From NCBI GenBank assembly GCA_029974925.1, contig JARKQH010000093.1, forward strand, positions 8,975 through 72,974: a stretch of DNA of 64,000 bases, given 5' to 3'. Of the stretch, positions 36,245-47,200 are shown piece by piece; positions within the stretch are counted from its first letter, which is position 1, and each line of letters begins with the position of its first letter. The DNA comes from Verrucomicrobiota bacterium (GTDB lineage Bacteria > Verrucomicrobiota > Verrucomicrobiia > Limisphaerales > UBA8199). Under the pieces are notes generated by a model. That model had not been told where the DNA came from. It was given only the letters and a program-made list of their open reading frames with translations, and made no database searches. Position numbers and translations under genes: made by a program.

Positions 36245-37606
36245 ATGCGCACACTCATCAAGCATCTTTTGGCCTCGACCGAACCGCGCGAGGCGGTGAC
36301 GGCAAAAGGCTGGGTTCGCACCCGGCGCGATTCAAAAGGCTTTTCGTTTTTGGAAATCAATGACGGTTCGTGCCTGGCGAATCTGCAGGTGGTGGTGGAT
36401 GCGGGAACGCCGGGGGCGGACCAGCTCGCGCACCTGAACACTGGCGCGTCGGTGGCGGTTGAGGGCCCGCTGGTTGCGTCGCCGGCCGCGGGGCAAAAGT
36501 GGGAGCTGCGGGCGCGGCGCGTCGAGCTGGTGGGCGCGACTGACAGCAGCTACCCGCTGCAGAAGAAGGGGCACACGGCGGAATTCCTGCGGACCATCGC
36601 CCACCTGCGTCCACGCTCGAATCTTTATGGCGCGGTGTTCCGGGTGAGAAGCCGTCTGGCTTACGCGGTGCATCAGTTTTTTCAAGAGCGGGACTTCGTT
36701 TACGTGCACACGCCCATCATCACCGCCAGCGACTGCGAGGGGGCGGGGGAAATGTTCCGCGTGACGACGTTGAAGGGCAACATTGACGAGAAGCCGGAGG
36801 CGGATTTTTTCGGCAAACGCACTTATCTGACGGTCAGCGGGCAGTTGGAGGGGGAAACGTTCGCCTGCGCCCTGTCGAACATCTACACGTTTGGGCCGAC
36901 CTTCCGCGCGGAGAACTCGAACACGGCGCGGCATGCGGCGGAGTTCTGGATGATCGAGCCGGAGATGGCGTTTTGCGATTTGCAGGGCGACATGGACCTG
37001 GGGGAGGAGTTTATCAAGGCGATGGCCCGGCACGCCTTGGAACACTGCGCCGAGGATTTGGCGTTGTTTGGAAAGTTTGTGGACAAGGCGCTGCACGAAC
37101 GGTTGCGCTTCGTGGTCGAACGGCCTTTTGTCCGCGTTCCCTACACCGAGGCCATCGAGATTTTGCGCCAATCCGGGCGGAAGTTTGAATACCCGGTGGA
37201 TTACGGTTTGAACCTGCAATCCGAGCACGAGCGGTTCCTGACGGAGGAGCACTTCAAGGCGCCGGTCACCGTTTACAACTATCCGCGGGAGATCAAGCCG
37301 TTCTACATGCGTTTGAATGACGATGGGAAAACGGTCACCGCGATGGACGTGCTGGTGCCGGGTATTGGGGAGGTCATTGGCGGGGCGCAACGCGAGGAGC
37401 GGCTGGAGCAGTTGCTGGACAACATGAAGTTTCACAAACTGGCGCCGGAGGATTACTGGTGGTATGTGGATTTGCGCCGTTACGGGACCGTGCCGCATGC
37501 CGGCTTCGGCCTCGGGTTTGAGCGGCTGCTGATGTTCCTGACGGGGGTTTCCAACATCCGGGACGTAATCCCATTCGCGCGCACCCCCGGCAACGCCGAA
37601 TTTTAA
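36245..37606 (+). CDS. asnS: asparagine--tRNA ligase
   Basis: 453 aa. [42 protein letters not shown] and GFGLGFERL are class IIb motifs. Confidence 0.95.
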   Translation: MRTLIKHLLASTEPREAVTAKGWVRTRRDSKGFSFLEINDGSCLANLQVVVDAGTPGADQLAHLNTGASVAVEGPLVASPAAGQKWELRARRVELVGATDSSYPLQKKGHTAEFLRTIAHLRPRSNLYGAVFRVRSRLAYAVHQFFQERDFVYVHTPIITASDCEGAGEMFRVTTLKGNIDEKPEADFFGKRTYLTVSGQLEGETFACALSNIYTFGPTFRAENSNTARHAAEFWMIEPEMAFCDLQGDMDLGEEFIKAMARHALEHCAEDLALFGKFVDKALHERLRFVVERPFVRVPYTEAIEILRQSGRKFEYPVDYGLNLQSEHERFLTEEHFKAPVTVYNYPREIKPFYMRLNDDGKTVTAMDVLVPGIGEVIGGAQREERLEQLLDNMKFHKLAPEDYWWYVDLRRYGTVPHAGFGLGFERLLMFLTGVSNIRDVIPFARTPGNAEF

Positions 37607-38784
37607 GGGCGATTTCGTCTCCAGATCACGCCCAGGGCGGCGAGTCCGCCCAGCAGTAACAACGTCACGGCCACCGCGCCGCTGCTGGCGTGCTGGGGCA
37701 GGAAGTGAAGGGAAGCCGCGCCGACCGCCGGTCCGGCGAAATTGCCGAGGCCGATGGCGGCCTCATGAATGCCTCCATGTTCGCCCTTGGTTTCGCTGGC
37801 GTCCATCGAATAGAAGAGCGAGGAGTAATAAATCAGGCCAATCGCGAGCCCGAAAACCAGTTGCGCGGCCACCAGCACCGCCAGGCTGGGCACCACCAGG
37901 ATCAGGGCAAAGCTGGATACCAGGCCCAAATACGCGCTGAAAAGCCACCTGAACCGGTAATGCCAGCCGGCCCACACCCAGAACAGCCAGAACGCCCCGA
38001 GCCGGGCAAAACACCAAACGGAACCGCTAAACCCCGCCAGCATGGTGGATAAACCCAGCCGGCCGGCGATACCAGGCATGAGCGCGACCAGGGTGTTAAT
38101 CGCCACGTAGGCGCAGGGATTGGCCAGCCATGACATGCGCAAAAAGCGGTTCACCTCCGCGGGGGGGTGGGGATGTTGCTCCGGCTCCGCGGGCGCCTGC
38201 GGGGCGAGCCGGCCGGCCGGCGCCGAACGCCTGGCCTTGGTTTCCAGCCACAAGGTGAGTGCCAGTTGACAGGCTGCAATCGCGGCAGGCACATAAAAGA
38301 GGCTCTTCAGTCCCCCCTTCTCGAGGCCCGCGCCGCCGATGAAATAAGCCACTGCCCCGGTGGCCGCCCACACCACGTTGTAAACGCCAACCATGTGTTG
38401 CACACCGGCGCGCCGCTCTCCGCCACTGACCAGCGCCTCGAGCGTGGGCCAGGTGAAACACATGCCAACCACCGCCACGAGCATGACGACGACTTGTCCG
38501 CCCGCCGACTCCACCTGGCTGCCTGTGAGCCACGCCCCCAGCATGATCACAAACCCAAGCCGCAAGGCGGTGAAGTAACCCGCCCGCTCGGCAAAGCGCC
38601 CCGCCTGCCACGAAAACAGGGCATAAACCAGCCCATTCAATGCCGCCAGCACCAGGTTGGCTTTGTTGCCGAACCCGAACACTTGCTGCATGTAAAAATA
38701 GAAATAGTAAAAATAATAGACCGTCCCGAAGGAGTTTAATCCTTCGAGCACGAAATAGCCGATTTTGAGCGGACGCGTAAACAT
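37603..38784 (-). CDS. MFS transporter
   Basis: 393 aa starting at the internal Met [20 protein letters not shown], with ~12 hydrophobic segments. The 174-codon upstream extension of the ORF overlaps tcdA and is discarded. Confidence 0.75.
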   Translation of the reverse strand: MFTRPLKIGYFVLEGLNSFGTVYYFYYFYFYMQQVFGFGNKANLVLAALNGLVYALFSWQAGRFAERAGYFTALRLGFVIMLGAWLTGSQVESAGGQVVVMLVAVVGMCFTWPTLEALVSGGERRAGVQHMVGVYNVVWAATGAVAYFIGGAGLEKGGLKSLFYVPAAIAACQLALTLWLETKARRSAPAGRLAPQAPAEPEQHPHPPAEVNRFLRMSWLANPCAYVAINTLVALMPGIAGRLGLSTMLAGFSGSVWCFARLGAFWLFWVWAGWHYRFRWLFSAYLGLVSSFALILVVPSLAVLVAAQLVFGLAIGLIYYSSLFYSMDASETKGEHGGIHEAAIGLGNFAGPAVGAASLHFLPQHASSGAVAVTLLLLGGLAALGVIWRRNRP

Positions 38785-38881
38785 CGTCTCGGATCTCGCA
38801 AAGCAGCCGCAGAAGGTGGGGGTTGTCAGCCGCCTTGGCAATCGCTGAATCGGAGCCGAGGGGGGCGGGCAGAGAGCGGCT

Positions 38882-39736
38882 TTACGTCGGGCCGCGCCCC
38901 ACCGGCGGCGAGGGAGTGGTGGGGGGCGCCGTCGAGCCTTCCTCCGTAAGCCGCCGCACCACCCTCGAGGCCGCCACCAAGCCGAATGCACCGGTGACGA
39001 AGCTGGCCGTGCCAAAACCGCTGCGGCAGTCGAGCCGCAGGTCGGGGGACGGGGGCGGTTCTTTGCAAACCGTCCCCTCGGCGGTGGGGAAAACCGGCGC
39101 CTCACGCGAAAAAACGCACTCGACGCCGAACGGCTCGTTGCCCCGTGGGAAGCCGTATTCTCTGCGCAGGCCACGCCGCACCTCCTGCAACAGGGCGTCG
39201 TGGCTGGAGAACGCGAGGTCGGCGGCCTGGATGGCCGTTGGGTCCCGCCGGCCGCCCGCGCCCCCGGCGGTGACAACGGGAATGCGCCGCTCGCGGCATC
39301 GGGCAATCAGCAGACACTTCAGCGCAGGCCGGTCAATCGCGTCCACCACATGGTCAAATGCGGCGCTGAGAATCTCGTCGGCGTTGGATTTGAGAAAAAA
39401 GGAGTGGACGGGGTGAACCGCACATTCGGGATTGATCAGTTTGACCCGGCGCGCCATCACTTCGACCTTGGGACGGCCCAGTTCGCCGTCCAGGGCATGA
39501 AGCTGGCGGTTCACGTTGCTGATACAGACGTCGTCCAGGTCCACCAAAGTGAGTGCGCCAATGCCCGATCGCGCCAGCGCCTCGACCGTCCAGGAGCCCA
39601 CGCCGCCCAAGCCAATCACACAAACGTGAGACTGACGCAACCGCTCCAAGCCGGCGGTGCCCAGCAACCGTCCCACGCCGCTGAAACGCCGCTTGTACGA
39701 CAAGCTCATTTGAGACCACTGGGCGCCCGCGTCCAT
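38882..39736 (-). CDS. tcdA: tRNA threonylcarbamoyladenosine dehydratase (ThiF/MoeB-like)
   Basis: Collinear with E. coli TcdA: VCVIGLGGVGSWTVEALARSGIGALTLVDLDDVCISNVNRQ, TAGGAGG, GVECVFS. The start is possibly M10 (39709). Confidence 0.85.
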   Translation of the reverse strand: MDAGAQWSQMSLSYKRRFSGVGRLLGTAGLERLRQSHVCVIGLGGVGSWTVEALARSGIGALTLVDLDDVCISNVNRQLHALDGELGRPKVEVMARRVKLINPECAVHPVHSFFLKSNADEILSAAFDHVVDAIDRPALKCLLIARCRERRIPVVTAGGAGGRRDPTAIQAADLAFSSHDALLQEVRRGLRREYGFPRGNEPFGVECVFSREAPVFPTAEGTVCKEPPPSPDLRLDCRSGFGTASFVTGAFGLVAASRVVRRLTEEGSTAPPTTPSPPVGRGPT

Positions 39737-39755
39737 GGCGAGGTTGGGCTCAAGC

Positions 39756-41051
39756 CTAACGGCCGCCGCTCAGGTCAAAACACGCGCCTTCGACCGTGCT
39801 TCGCACAAACAGCCTGCCCCCGCTCAGCGCGGGGGTACTCCAGCATTTGCCTTGCACGGCCTTGAAGCGGGCGATTTCCAGGAAAGCATCGGGATGGGCT
39901 TTGACCAGAACCACCTGGCCGTCATCACTCAAGGCAACGATATGGTCGCCCGCCAGAATGACATTCCCCGCCCCAAAACCCGGCTGCTCCCACTTGACCG
40001 CACCCGTCTTCAAGTCCACGCACTTGAGCGGGCCGCTGCCAAAACGTTTGAAGCTGATCATGCCGTAAAGATGGCCGTCTCGCGCCACCGGCGTGCTCCA
40101 GAGGCTCGCCACCTGGTTGTTCCCTTTGATTCGCCACAGCTCTCGGGCCTCAAACCCCTCTCCCTTCCGGAGCACCTGGCAGGCCGCGCCGCCGACCTCG
40201 TAACCTGCGGTGCAGAAGACCACGTCCCCGGACACCACGGGAGAACAGGCGGTCGAAGTGCGGTAAGGATGGGGAAAACGCCACAAGGGCGTGCCCCTGC
40301 CCGCTTCGACCGCAACCAAGCCGCTCTGCATCAGAAAAATGACCTGGCGTATGCCGTGCAGGGTTGCGACCACGGGAGTGGCGTGGGTCATCTTTTCGTC
40401 TCCGGTCTTCCAAGCCACGGCTCCACTTGCCTGATTGAACGCCAGCAGCGATTGGCCGGGGCCGCCGCCCGCGACAAACACCAACTCGCCATCCACCACG
40501 GGCGACATGGCGCTCTTCCAGCCAATGTTGCGGCCCGCGTATTCATGCAGAATATCGTGTTTCCAGACCGGCTTGCCGGTCGCCGCATCCAGACAGTGCA
40601 GTACCATGTCCGAGGAATACACATAGACTTTGCCGCCACTCACCGCCGGCGTCGAACGCGGTCCGTCTCCGCCCCGGTTGCCAGGCGCCCCGCTGTCGCC
40701 GCCGCCCGGGTATTTGGCCAGGCCAACCGGCGCCGTCCAGAGTTCCTTGCCCGTAGCCGCGTCAAGTGCCAGGCAGATTTCAGCCGGGCTGCCTTCGTTG
40801 GTGCGAGCGACGAGGGTGAACACCCTGCCCTCCGCCACGCTGAACGAGCCAAACCCCGCCGGCGTCGGCACACGCCAAATCAGCCGAGGTCCGCCGGACG
40901 GCCATCCCCCCGCCACGGCCTCCGCCGCGGTCGCATCCCCGCGCGAACCGCGATAACCTGCCCAATCGTCCGCCATGGTTAATTGCGCCGCGGCAATCCC
41001 CATCACGGCGCCAAGGGCGTATCCCAGTCTTGAACTTCGTAGAATCGTCAT
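39756..41051 (-). CDS. PQQ-like beta-propeller repeat protein (BamB-like), secreted
   Basis: 431 aa. Signal peptide, then repeated G..V(Y/F)....G.L.ALDA.TGK..W blades. Confidence 0.75.
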   Translation of the reverse strand: MTILRSSRLGYALGAVMGIAAAQLTMADDWAGYRGSRGDATAAEAVAGGWPSGGPRLIWRVPTPAGFGSFSVAEGRVFTLVARTNEGSPAEICLALDAATGKELWTAPVGLAKYPGGGDSGAPGNRGGDGPRSTPAVSGGKVYVYSSDMVLHCLDAATGKPVWKHDILHEYAGRNIGWKSAMSPVVDGELVFVAGGGPGQSLLAFNQASGAVAWKTGDEKMTHATPVVATLHGIRQVIFLMQSGLVAVEAGRGTPLWRFPHPYRTSTACSPVVSGDVVFCTAGYEVGGAACQVLRKGEGFEARELWRIKGNNQVASLWSTPVARDGHLYGMISFKRFGSGPLKCVDLKTGAVKWEQPGFGAGNVILAGDHIVALSDDGQVVLVKAHPDAFLEIARFKAVQGKCWSTPALSGGRLFVRSTVEGACFDLSGGR

Positions 41052-41194
41052 CTTTAGTCGGTCTGAGGGTATAGAGGTTGCCGCACAGTTTCAACCGGCC
41101 CGATGCGTTTGTCGCGTCTGGACCCGCCAGTCCTGAGCCCCCTCGGGGGGGTTTTCACTTTCGTGCCTCGCAGCAACCTGTTATAAAGCGGCGC

Positions 41195-42010
41195 ATGGCA
41201 GCGAAGTTAACCTTGGGTTTCCTGGGCGCCGGGAAGATGGCAACGGCGCTGGCGCGCGGCTTCGTTCGGGCAAAATTGGTATCGCCGCGGGACCTACTGG
41301 CGAGCGATCCCTCCGAGTCAGCGGCCAAGGCTTTCGGAGCCGAGACCGGGGCCCGGACCACCCGGTCAAACCTCGAGGTGGCGGCGTTTGCGCGAGTCCT
41401 GGTGCTGGCGGTCAAGCCCGATCAAGCAGCCAGTGTCCTGACGGAGATCCGGCCGCGGTTCAACCGGCAGCAGTTGCTGATTTCGATTGCGGCAGGCGTG
41501 CCGACGGCGAAGCTGGAAGCGGCCCTTGGCGATGGGGCACGGGTCATTCGCGTCATGCCCAACACCCCGGCGCTGATTGGCGCCTCGGCCACCGGCTACG
41601 CGCTCGGCAAGCACGCCCACCCCAAGGATGGTCAAGTGGCAGCCCGCCTGTTTTCCGCGGTGGGAATCGCGTTTGAATTGAAGGAGTCCATGCTGGACGC
41701 CGTGACCGGTTTGAGCGGCAGCGGTCCCGCGTTCGTTTACCAATTCATTGAAGCCTTGAGCGACGGAGGAGTTGCGGCGGGCCTGCCTCGGGGGGTGGCG
41801 ACCGCGCTGGCGGCACAGACGGTCCTGGGCGCCGCACGGATGGTCCTGGAAACGCAGCAACATCCGGGCGCGCTCAAGGATATGGTGACCAGCCCTGGCG
41901 GCACCACCATCGAAGGGGTGCATGAGCTGGAGAAGGGCAACTTCCGCGGCACGGTCATCAGCGCCGTCCGGGCGGCCGCGGCCAAATCCCGGCAATTGGG
42001 CCAGAGCTGA
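41195..42010 (+). CDS. proC: pyrroline-5-carboxylate reductase
   Basis: LGFLGAGKMATALARG, VMPNTPALIG and SPGGTTIEGVHELE. The start is taken at MAAKLTLGF. Confidence 0.9.
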   Translation: MAAKLTLGFLGAGKMATALARGFVRAKLVSPRDLLASDPSESAAKAFGAETGARTTRSNLEVAAFARVLVLAVKPDQAASVLTEIRPRFNRQQLLISIAAGVPTAKLEAALGDGARVIRVMPNTPALIGASATGYALGKHAHPKDGQVAARLFSAVGIAFELKESMLDAVTGLSGSGPAFVYQFIEALSDGGVAAGLPRGVATALAAQTVLGAARMVLETQQHPGALKDMVTSPGGTTIEGVHELEKGNFRGTVISAVRAAAAKSRQLGQS

Positions 42011-42028
42011 CCGGCCAGCCTCCGCTCC

Positions 42029-43288
42029 ATGAACTTCCCCCCACCGACAGAGAAACAGGCGCGGATCATTTGGCTGGCGGTGACCGGGCTGGCGATTGCG
42101 ACGCTGGTTGGGTTGGTGGGATTGTTGATCCTGGGCCTCAAATGGGTAGTGAATGTGCTGGCCCCGGTGCTGTGGCCGCTGGCGGTGGCCGGCGTTCTGG
42201 CCTATCTGTTGGATCCAGTGGTGGATTATCTCGAACGCCGGAAGGTCCGGCGGCAAAACGCGATTCTGCTGGTGTTCGCTTTGGCCCTGGTCCTGATTGC
42301 CGCCCTCTTTGGCAGCGTTGTGCCGCAGATTGTGAATGAAACCCGCTCCCTGGCCAACCGTATTCCAGCCTACGTGGAGCGGACACATGCCCGGATCGAA
42401 GCGTGGATCAATAATCCCCCGACCCTTGTCCGGGAGTGGCTTAAACGCCAGGGCCATCTGGAAACGCCTCCCAGCGGGGTGTCCGATACCAACATTTCGA
42501 CGCTCACCCCCGACACCAATGCGCCAGCCCTGGAGCCCGGGACGAAACCGCATAGACCAAAGTTGTTGGGGGAATCGCTGGATCCAAAAACCCTTCAAAC
42601 CGCCACGGCGTGGGTGACCTCCGCGGCGGCCAAAGTCGGCTCCTGGCTTGTCGGACAACTGGGCCGGGTCGCCTCTTGGTTTGGGGTGCTGGCCGGGTTG
42701 GCGCTGATTCCGGTTTACGCGTTTTATCTGCTTTTGGAGAAACGCGGTATTGAGTCAAAGTGGACGGATTACCTCCCGGTCACCCAGTCCACCTTCAAGG
42801 ACGAGCTGGTTTTTGTCCTGCGGTCCATCAATGACTACCTGATCGCGTTTTTCCGCGGGCAGGTGCTGGTGGCGATTTGCGACGGCGTCCTTTACACCAT
42901 CGGGTTCCTCATCATCGGCTTGCCCTATGCCGTGCTGCTGGGGGTCATCGCGACCTTCCTGACGCTCATCCCTTATCTCGGGGCAATCATTACCTGCCTT
43001 GCGGCGCTGGTCCTTGCCTTGGTGCAATACGGCGACTGGCTGCATCCGCTGCTGGTGTTGGCGGTGTTCGCGGTGGTGCAAACGTTGGAGGGCTTGGTCA
43101 TCTCGCCCAAGATCATGGGCGACCGGGTCGGGTTGCATCCCCTCACCATCATCATTGCCGTCATTGCCGGCACAACTCTGCTGGGCGGCATCCTCGGCGG
43201 CATCCTGGCCATCCCCCTCACGGCGGTGCTGCGCGTCGTGCTTGCCCGCTACATTTGGAAACGCGCCCTGGACGCCGCCGCTGCCTGA
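42029..43288 (+). CDS. AI-2E family transporter (PerM/UPF0118)
   Basis: 419 aa, ~8 TM segments. The C-terminal block IPYLGAII...SPKIMGDRVGLHPL is typical of the family. Confidence 0.85.
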   Translation: MNFPPPTEKQARIIWLAVTGLAIATLVGLVGLLILGLKWVVNVLAPVLWPLAVAGVLAYLLDPVVDYLERRKVRRQNAILLVFALALVLIAALFGSVVPQIVNETRSLANRIPAYVERTHARIEAWINNPPTLVREWLKRQGHLETPPSGVSDTNISTLTPDTNAPALEPGTKPHRPKLLGESLDPKTLQTATAWVTSAAAKVGSWLVGQLGRVASWFGVLAGLALIPVYAFYLLLEKRGIESKWTDYLPVTQSTFKDELVFVLRSINDYLIAFFRGQVLVAICDGVLYTIGFLIIGLPYAVLLGVIATFLTLIPYLGAIITCLAALVLALVQYGDWLHPLLVLAVFAVVQTLEGLVISPKIMGDRVGLHPLTIIIAVIAGTTLLGGILGGILAIPLTAVLRVVLARYIWKRALDAAAA

Positions 43289-43738
43289 GCCCGGCTCAGC
43301 CTGGCGCAGGACGCCCTGCCCCGACGCTGGGCCGACGGCGCGGGGTAAATGGCCGGGGGGGGGAGGTGATTAGACCCAGCCAGTCAGCCGGCGGGCAAGA
43401 AACCATCCTGTCGCCAAGGAGGGCAGTGCCCAATCGTATCCACCATCGGTTGATTCCGGATTGAGAGCCTCAGCCTCCCCTGCCCCCTTGCACCGCGCCG
43501 TCGCGGGACGGGCCGCAACCTGTCGCGAGTGAGTCCCTCCTGGTAAAGCCCCTTGGTCAATTCAAAAGCTCCCATCCACGCCAGGTAAGCGTTTGGTCTT
43601 CAACGATGCGGAAGCCACCCTTCCAGCCTTCTCCAGATTCGCCCGCTCCGCGGTTTGACGGTCTGGCGCACCCTAGGGTATTTTTGCTGCGTGAACTGGC
43701 AGGCTTCAGGCGGAACCGCAGCCCCAACGCCCCCGGTT

Positions 43739-44104
43739 ATGGAAGCGGCGCTGGAGGAGAGCCCTGAAACCGCTGCGGGGGAGGCGGGGGCTGACTGGCT
43801 TTGCGCGTGGTGCCTGAATGGCGTGGCAAACGAGGAAGACCGCTTTGCCTTCAACGGCCAGGACACGCACCGTTTTTCCAACCCCGACGGCCTTCGTTTT
43901 GAGATTCTACTGTTTTCAAGGACTCAGGGCTGCCGGGAGGCGGGAGTGCCCACTTTGGAATACACGTGGTTTCCGGGGCATGCGTGGTCGTATTGCCAAT
44001 GCGGGCGGTGCGGTCAGCATCTGGGCTGGTTCTACCAAGGGCCCCACCAGTTCGCCGGGTTGATCACGCACCGAATTGTCCGGGGGGTCTGCGTAAGGAA
44101 TTAG
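43739..44104 (+). CDS. cereblon-like CULT (thalidomide-binding-like) domain protein
   Basis: 121 aa from the ATG at 43739. CxxC (C22,C25) plus CxxC (C88,C91). WFPGHAWSYCQCGRCGQHLGWFY aligns residue-for-residue with human CRBN [23 protein letters not shown] (tri-Trp pocket) and with the Magnetospirillum single-domain cereblon isoform. Confidence 0.8.
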   Translation: MEAALEESPETAAGEAGADWLCAWCLNGVANEEDRFAFNGQDTHRFSNPDGLRFEILLFSRTQGCREAGVPTLEYTWFPGHAWSYCQCGRCGQHLGWFYQGPHQFAGLITHRIVRGVCVRN

Positions 44105-44265
44105 GCCGACAGCCAAACTCCATGGTTCCGATGCCCTGGGTTGGCGGCGGCGCAGAGGAGGCCGCGTCGCCCAACTTTCGCGCCGCCCGACTTTGGAATT
44201 GACAACAAGGTGTGAACGGCAAAAATGCAAGCATGACCAGTTTACACAACCCCAGACGATTCACT

Positions 44266-47200
44266 ATGAAAAGAGCCATCTCCATGTTTTGCGGAAGTTT
44301 GCTGGTATCAGCGCTTCCGAGTTTCGCCGCCAACATTGCGTGGGTGAGTTTTCACCCGGCGGATGACACGCCATCGGCCAACGCGTTGGCAGCCGGTTTT
44401 ACCAACGCGCCGGACGCAGGCTACACCCGATTGCTGGCCGCCAACGGGCACACTGTCACCCGGTTTGTGACCATCGAAGGGCTCCAGAATTCGCCGGACC
44501 TGATCGCTGCGCTGAACACCAACGATCTGGTGATCATCAGCCGGTCCGTGCCGAGCGGTCATTACGATTCCGCGGCGGAGACCGCCGCTTGGAACGGCCT
44601 GACCAAGCCGCTGATGTCCCTCAACGGGTATGTGGACCGCGCAAACCGGCTGGGCTTCCACACGGGGGACACCATTCCGGATGTGAACAGCAACCCGATG
44701 CGGCTGCGGGTGAATGCAGTGGCTCATCCCATGTTTGCCGGGATCGCGCTCACGCCAACAAACACGATGGTTAATCCGTATTGTTCCATCGTGGTTTTCA
44801 CCAATGCCAGCACTGGCGCCACCAACGTTCAACGGGGCATCTCGGTGGTCACCAGCCCAATCATTGCAGGCGGGTCGGTGCTCGCCACGGTGGGCACGCC
44901 GGGTGATGCCGCATTCGGGGGCATGGTGATTGGCGAGTTTCCGCCCGGGATCACCTCGCAGCGCGGTGATGTGCTGGCCGCCCGCCGATTGGTCTTCCTG
45001 ACCGGCAGCCGCGAGTTGAGTATCACCAGTGAGGGGGCGGGCATCTTCGACCTTTCGGCCGACGGGGCCCAAATGTTCCTCAACGCCGTTACGTATCTGA
45101 CAACTCCGCAACTGCCGAAGTGCACGGTGCCACTGCTGGGAGCGACCAACCTCGTCGAGGGGGACACCTGGACTTTCACGGCCGGGCCCATCGGGGATCC
45201 GCCGCTCTCCTATCAGTGGTACAAGGACGGCCAGCCGGTGGCCGACGGCACCACCGAGGCGCTGACGCTGCTCAACCTAACCAGCAGCGACGCCGGGGAT
45301 TATTACCTGGTGGTGACCAACCTGCTGGGCAGCGCGACGAGCACGACGGGCCGGTTGGAATTCGCGTCGTTTGCGACCGCCAACCTTACCAACCGCATCA
45401 TTTCCTACTGGCCCCTGGACGGCATTCTCGGCAGCAAAACCCCCGACTTGGTCAGCGGGTATGACATGACGCTGGTGAACATGAGCAGCGCAAACCTGGT
45501 GCCCGGCCGGTGGGGGCAGGCCTTCAGCTTCACCAACGGCACCAGCACCATGCTCCAGCGCGTCAACAACCCGGCCGACGACCTGCCCATTTACAAGTAC
45601 CCCAATTTCACGGTCTCGCTGTGGGTCAATGGCCCGGTGCAAACCGATCACCGCGTCTTCTCCGAAGGCTCCACCACCAACAACAATACGCTGTTCAACA
45701 TCGGCACCCATAGCGGCGGCACGGATGGCAGCGTGGATATCTACATCCGCACGGACGGCGGCACCGTCATTCCCGGCGACCACCGGCATACGACCGCGAT
45801 TGCCTTTGACGATACCTGGCATCACATCGCCTATGTGCAGCGGGATGTGGGGAACGGGTCCATGATCGCCGCGGTTTATGTGGACGGGGTGCGCGACGCC
45901 GTAACCATCACCCCGGTCCGGCCGCTGACGCCGCAGACGACCAGCATCGGCGGCATCCTGCGCGGGAGCCCGTCGGCCTGGTTCACGGGGTTCATTGACG
46001 AGGTGGCGGTGTGGGACCGCGCGTTGTCACCCGAGGAAATCGCGCTGCTGCAGGTCACGCAAATCACCAATCCGCCCTCGCGGCTGCAGCCGCTGGCCAT
46101 CAACTCGTTCAAAGCGGATTTGCCGGCGGTCGTCACGGGGGATTCCACCGTATTGCGGTGGGATGTGAGCAAGGACGCCACGCAGGTGACGATTGACAAG
46201 CTGGGGGACGTCACGGCCATCACGCAAGTGGGCATCGGCACAAATGTGGTTACCCCGACCGGCGACACCACGTATGTGCTGACGGTCCGTCGCGGCGTGG
46301 ATACGCTGTCGGCCACGACCAGTGTCGCGGTCGTCAGCGGGGTGGCGGCCGGCTGGACCCTCCTGGACAACTTCGACCGCTACGCGCCCGGCCAGCTCGC
46401 CGCCAACGGTTACTGGACCGAACCGACGGGCTTCTCGGCCGAAGTGATCAATGTTGGCGCCAACCGTGCCCTGCGGACCGTGGCTGGCAATAGTGTGGCG
46501 TTCCTCAACCTGCGGACGCTGACCATCCCCGAGTTCCAGGGCCGAACGCTGTTCTACCGCATGATGGTTGGGAGCGCCGCCGCCCTCAACGCCACCAATA
46601 TCGTCGGGCTGACGGACAAGAGCCAGCGCTCTTACGGCGATAATTTCTCGAACATCGGGCCGGTGCTGTACCACACAGCCTTCACGAACGTTGCGTGGGG
46701 AGTCGAGACCAACGCCTGGTACATTGGCGCGCGCAATTACCCGGGCAGTTCGATTGACTACCCCTTCACTCCCCTCGAGTACGATGTTGTTTACAATATC
46801 TGGATTGATATCACCAACGCCCCCATGGGCGACCCGTACTACCTGAATGACACCTTCAGCGTCTATATTCAGAAAGAAGGGGAAACGGAGCGCACGCTGC
46901 TGTTCGAGAATTATGGCAGCGACCGCGATCTGTTTGTCGTGGATCCCGTGCTCGGACCGATGTTGCCCAACTTGGATAAACTGATCGTTCTGGGCAACAG
47001 CGCCACTTACAGCGCAGTGTTCGACGACTTTTATCTGAGCAAGAGCGGCTACAACGCCACCGTGCCCAGGCCGTATGGCTCCACCGCCCAGCCCGGATCC
47101 CTCGAGATCCGCTGGAATGGGTCCCAGCTCGAGATCCGCTGGTCCGCCGGGATCCTTCAGGAGGCCGACGCGATCACGGGCTCGTGGTCGGATGTGACCG

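Noticed and set aside
37603-37606. Overlapping stop codons of convergent genes (asnS/MFS at TTAA 37603-37606; PLP enzyme/DUF1559 at 17689-17692)
   Set aside because: This is a real but trivial consequence of compact convergent gene ends, with no further signal.
38785-39306. 174-codon N-terminal extension of the MFS transporter ORF
   Set aside because: It overlaps the tcdA coding region in another frame. Its sequence is Arg/Pro/Ala-rich junk, and the transporter begins sensibly at [11 protein letters not shown] (38784).
43289-43738. 450-bp gap after the AI-2E transporter gene, including a 63-aa minus-strand ORF (43384-43575) and the palindrome CTGAGCCcGGCTCAG at the transporter stop
   Set aside because: The ORF product has no recognisable features and is Arg-rich. 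The palindrome has a 1-nt centre and no T-tract, so it is not a convincing terminator.
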